DNA of 64,000 nt from an uncultured Pelagibacteraceae bacterium. GTDB lineage: Bacteria; Pseudomonadota; Alphaproteobacteria; Pelagibacterales; Pelagibacteraceae. A model generated the notes under the pieces. It was not told where the DNA came from and ran no database searches. It was given only the letters and a program-made list of their open reading frames with translations. Positions 63,267-64,000 of the stretch are shown here, one piece after another (the stretch's first letter is position 1; each line of letters starts with the position of its first letter). The stretch lies in assembly GCA_902564245.1 (NCBI GenBank), contig CACFAF010000002.1:37958-101957 (forward strand). Direction: 5' to 3'. A program made the translations under genes and the position numbers.

Positions 63267-63356
63267 GGAGAGATGGCTGAGCGGTTGAAAGCACCGGTCT
63301 TGAAAACCGGCAAAGGGGCAACTCTTTCCTGGGTTCGAATCCCAGTCTCTCCGCCA
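63267..63356 (+). tRNA. tRNA-Ser(TGA)
   Basis: GGAGAGA/TCTCTCC-G-CCA, CCGGT-CT-TGA-AA-ACCGG, long variable arm. Confidence 0.97.
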
Positions 63357-63611
63357 TTAAAAATTAAATTTTTGAAATTTCTCTAAGACTTTTATGTTTG
63401 TTAAGCCTCCATTTGATTCTTTATTTCTTATAGAAATTAAAAGCTCATCTTCTAAATTAACAAGTTTACTTAATTGTTTTAGTTCATTCATATTTAGACC
63501 ATCAATAGAAGATTTAACAAAACTAGTCATTAATATATCCATTTCTTTAGTGCCTCTATATGACGCTCGATAAATAATTTTATTTTTAAGATCTTCTTTA
63601 TTTTGTGACAT
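63357..63611 (-). CDS. sdhE: Succinate dehydrogenase assembly factor 2 (SdhE)
   Basis: YRASYRGTKEMDIL matches the RGxxE motif; divergent from recG. Confidence 0.88.
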   Translation of the reverse strand: MSQNKEDLKNKIIYRASYRGTKEMDILMTSFVKSSIDGLNMNELKQLSKLVNLEDELLISIRNKESNGGLTNIKVLEKFQKFNF

Positions 63612-63629
63612 GGTTATATAAATAAAAAT

Positions 63630-64000
63630 ATGTCAAATATTGAATTTTTATTATCAGATATTAATACCATAAATGGAATTGGGATTAAAACATCAAAATT
63701 ATTTAAAAAAAAGAATATTAATACTATATTTGACTTACTTTGGAGTTTGCCTAGAGATTTTATTGACAGAAGTAATTTAGTCAAAATTAATGAATTACAA
63801 ATTGGAAAAATTCAAACTGTAATTATAGATGTAAAAAAATATAATTTTCCACGATTAAGAAATTTACCAAATAAAGTGATGTGTGAAGATGAAACTGGAA
63901 AATTGGATTGTATTTTCTTTAATAGCTATGAAGGATATATAAAAAAGATTTTACCATTAAATTCAAGAGTAACAATTAGTGGTAAAATTGGATATTATAA
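63630..64000 (+). CDS. recG: ATP-dependent DNA helicase RecG (N-terminal part, runs off window)
   Basis: Hand translation MSNIEFLLSDINTINGIGIKTSKLF...TIFDLLWSLPRDFIDR...DETG.L.CIFFN resembles the RecG N-terminus/wedge domain. Confidence 0.88.
   Translation, partial: MSNIEFLLSDINTINGIGIKTSKLFKKKNINTIFDLLWSLPRDFIDRSNLVKINELQIGKIQTVIIDVKKYNFPRLRNLPNKVMCEDETGKLDCIFFNSYEGYIKKILPLNSRVTISGKIGYY

Overview
Very AT-rich, densely packed alphaproteobacterial chromosome segment. Gene content, tiny or overlapping intergenic spacers, Lys-rich proteins and a SAM-V riboswitch before metY point to the SAR11/Pelagibacterales clade (inference). Most of it is housekeeping: gatB, sox operon, dapA-smpB-folK-spoT-pyrE-pdxJ-acpS-lepB-rnc-recO, glyA-nrdR-rib-nusB-thiL, hppA, plsX-ihfA, rplM-rpsI-argC-hom, glpX, nhaA, metG-holB-tmk-dac-mltB, recG and four tRNAs. 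The unusual part is about 42.7-45.1 kb, where gene orientation converges. It holds a ~450 bp G-skewed AT-rich spacer with nested repeats, a minimal MGMT gene, two small membrane ORFs missing from the ORF track, and a ~185 nt GC-rich multi-hairpin ncRNA with a predicted kissing-loop pseudoknot. It also holds a lone Cre-like tyrosine recombinase with a lox/dif-like 13-7-13 inverted repeat directly upstream, my best candidate for a non-canonical single-recombinase chromosome dimer-resolution system at the replication terminus. No CRISPR array, rRNA, IS element or prophage structural genes were seen.
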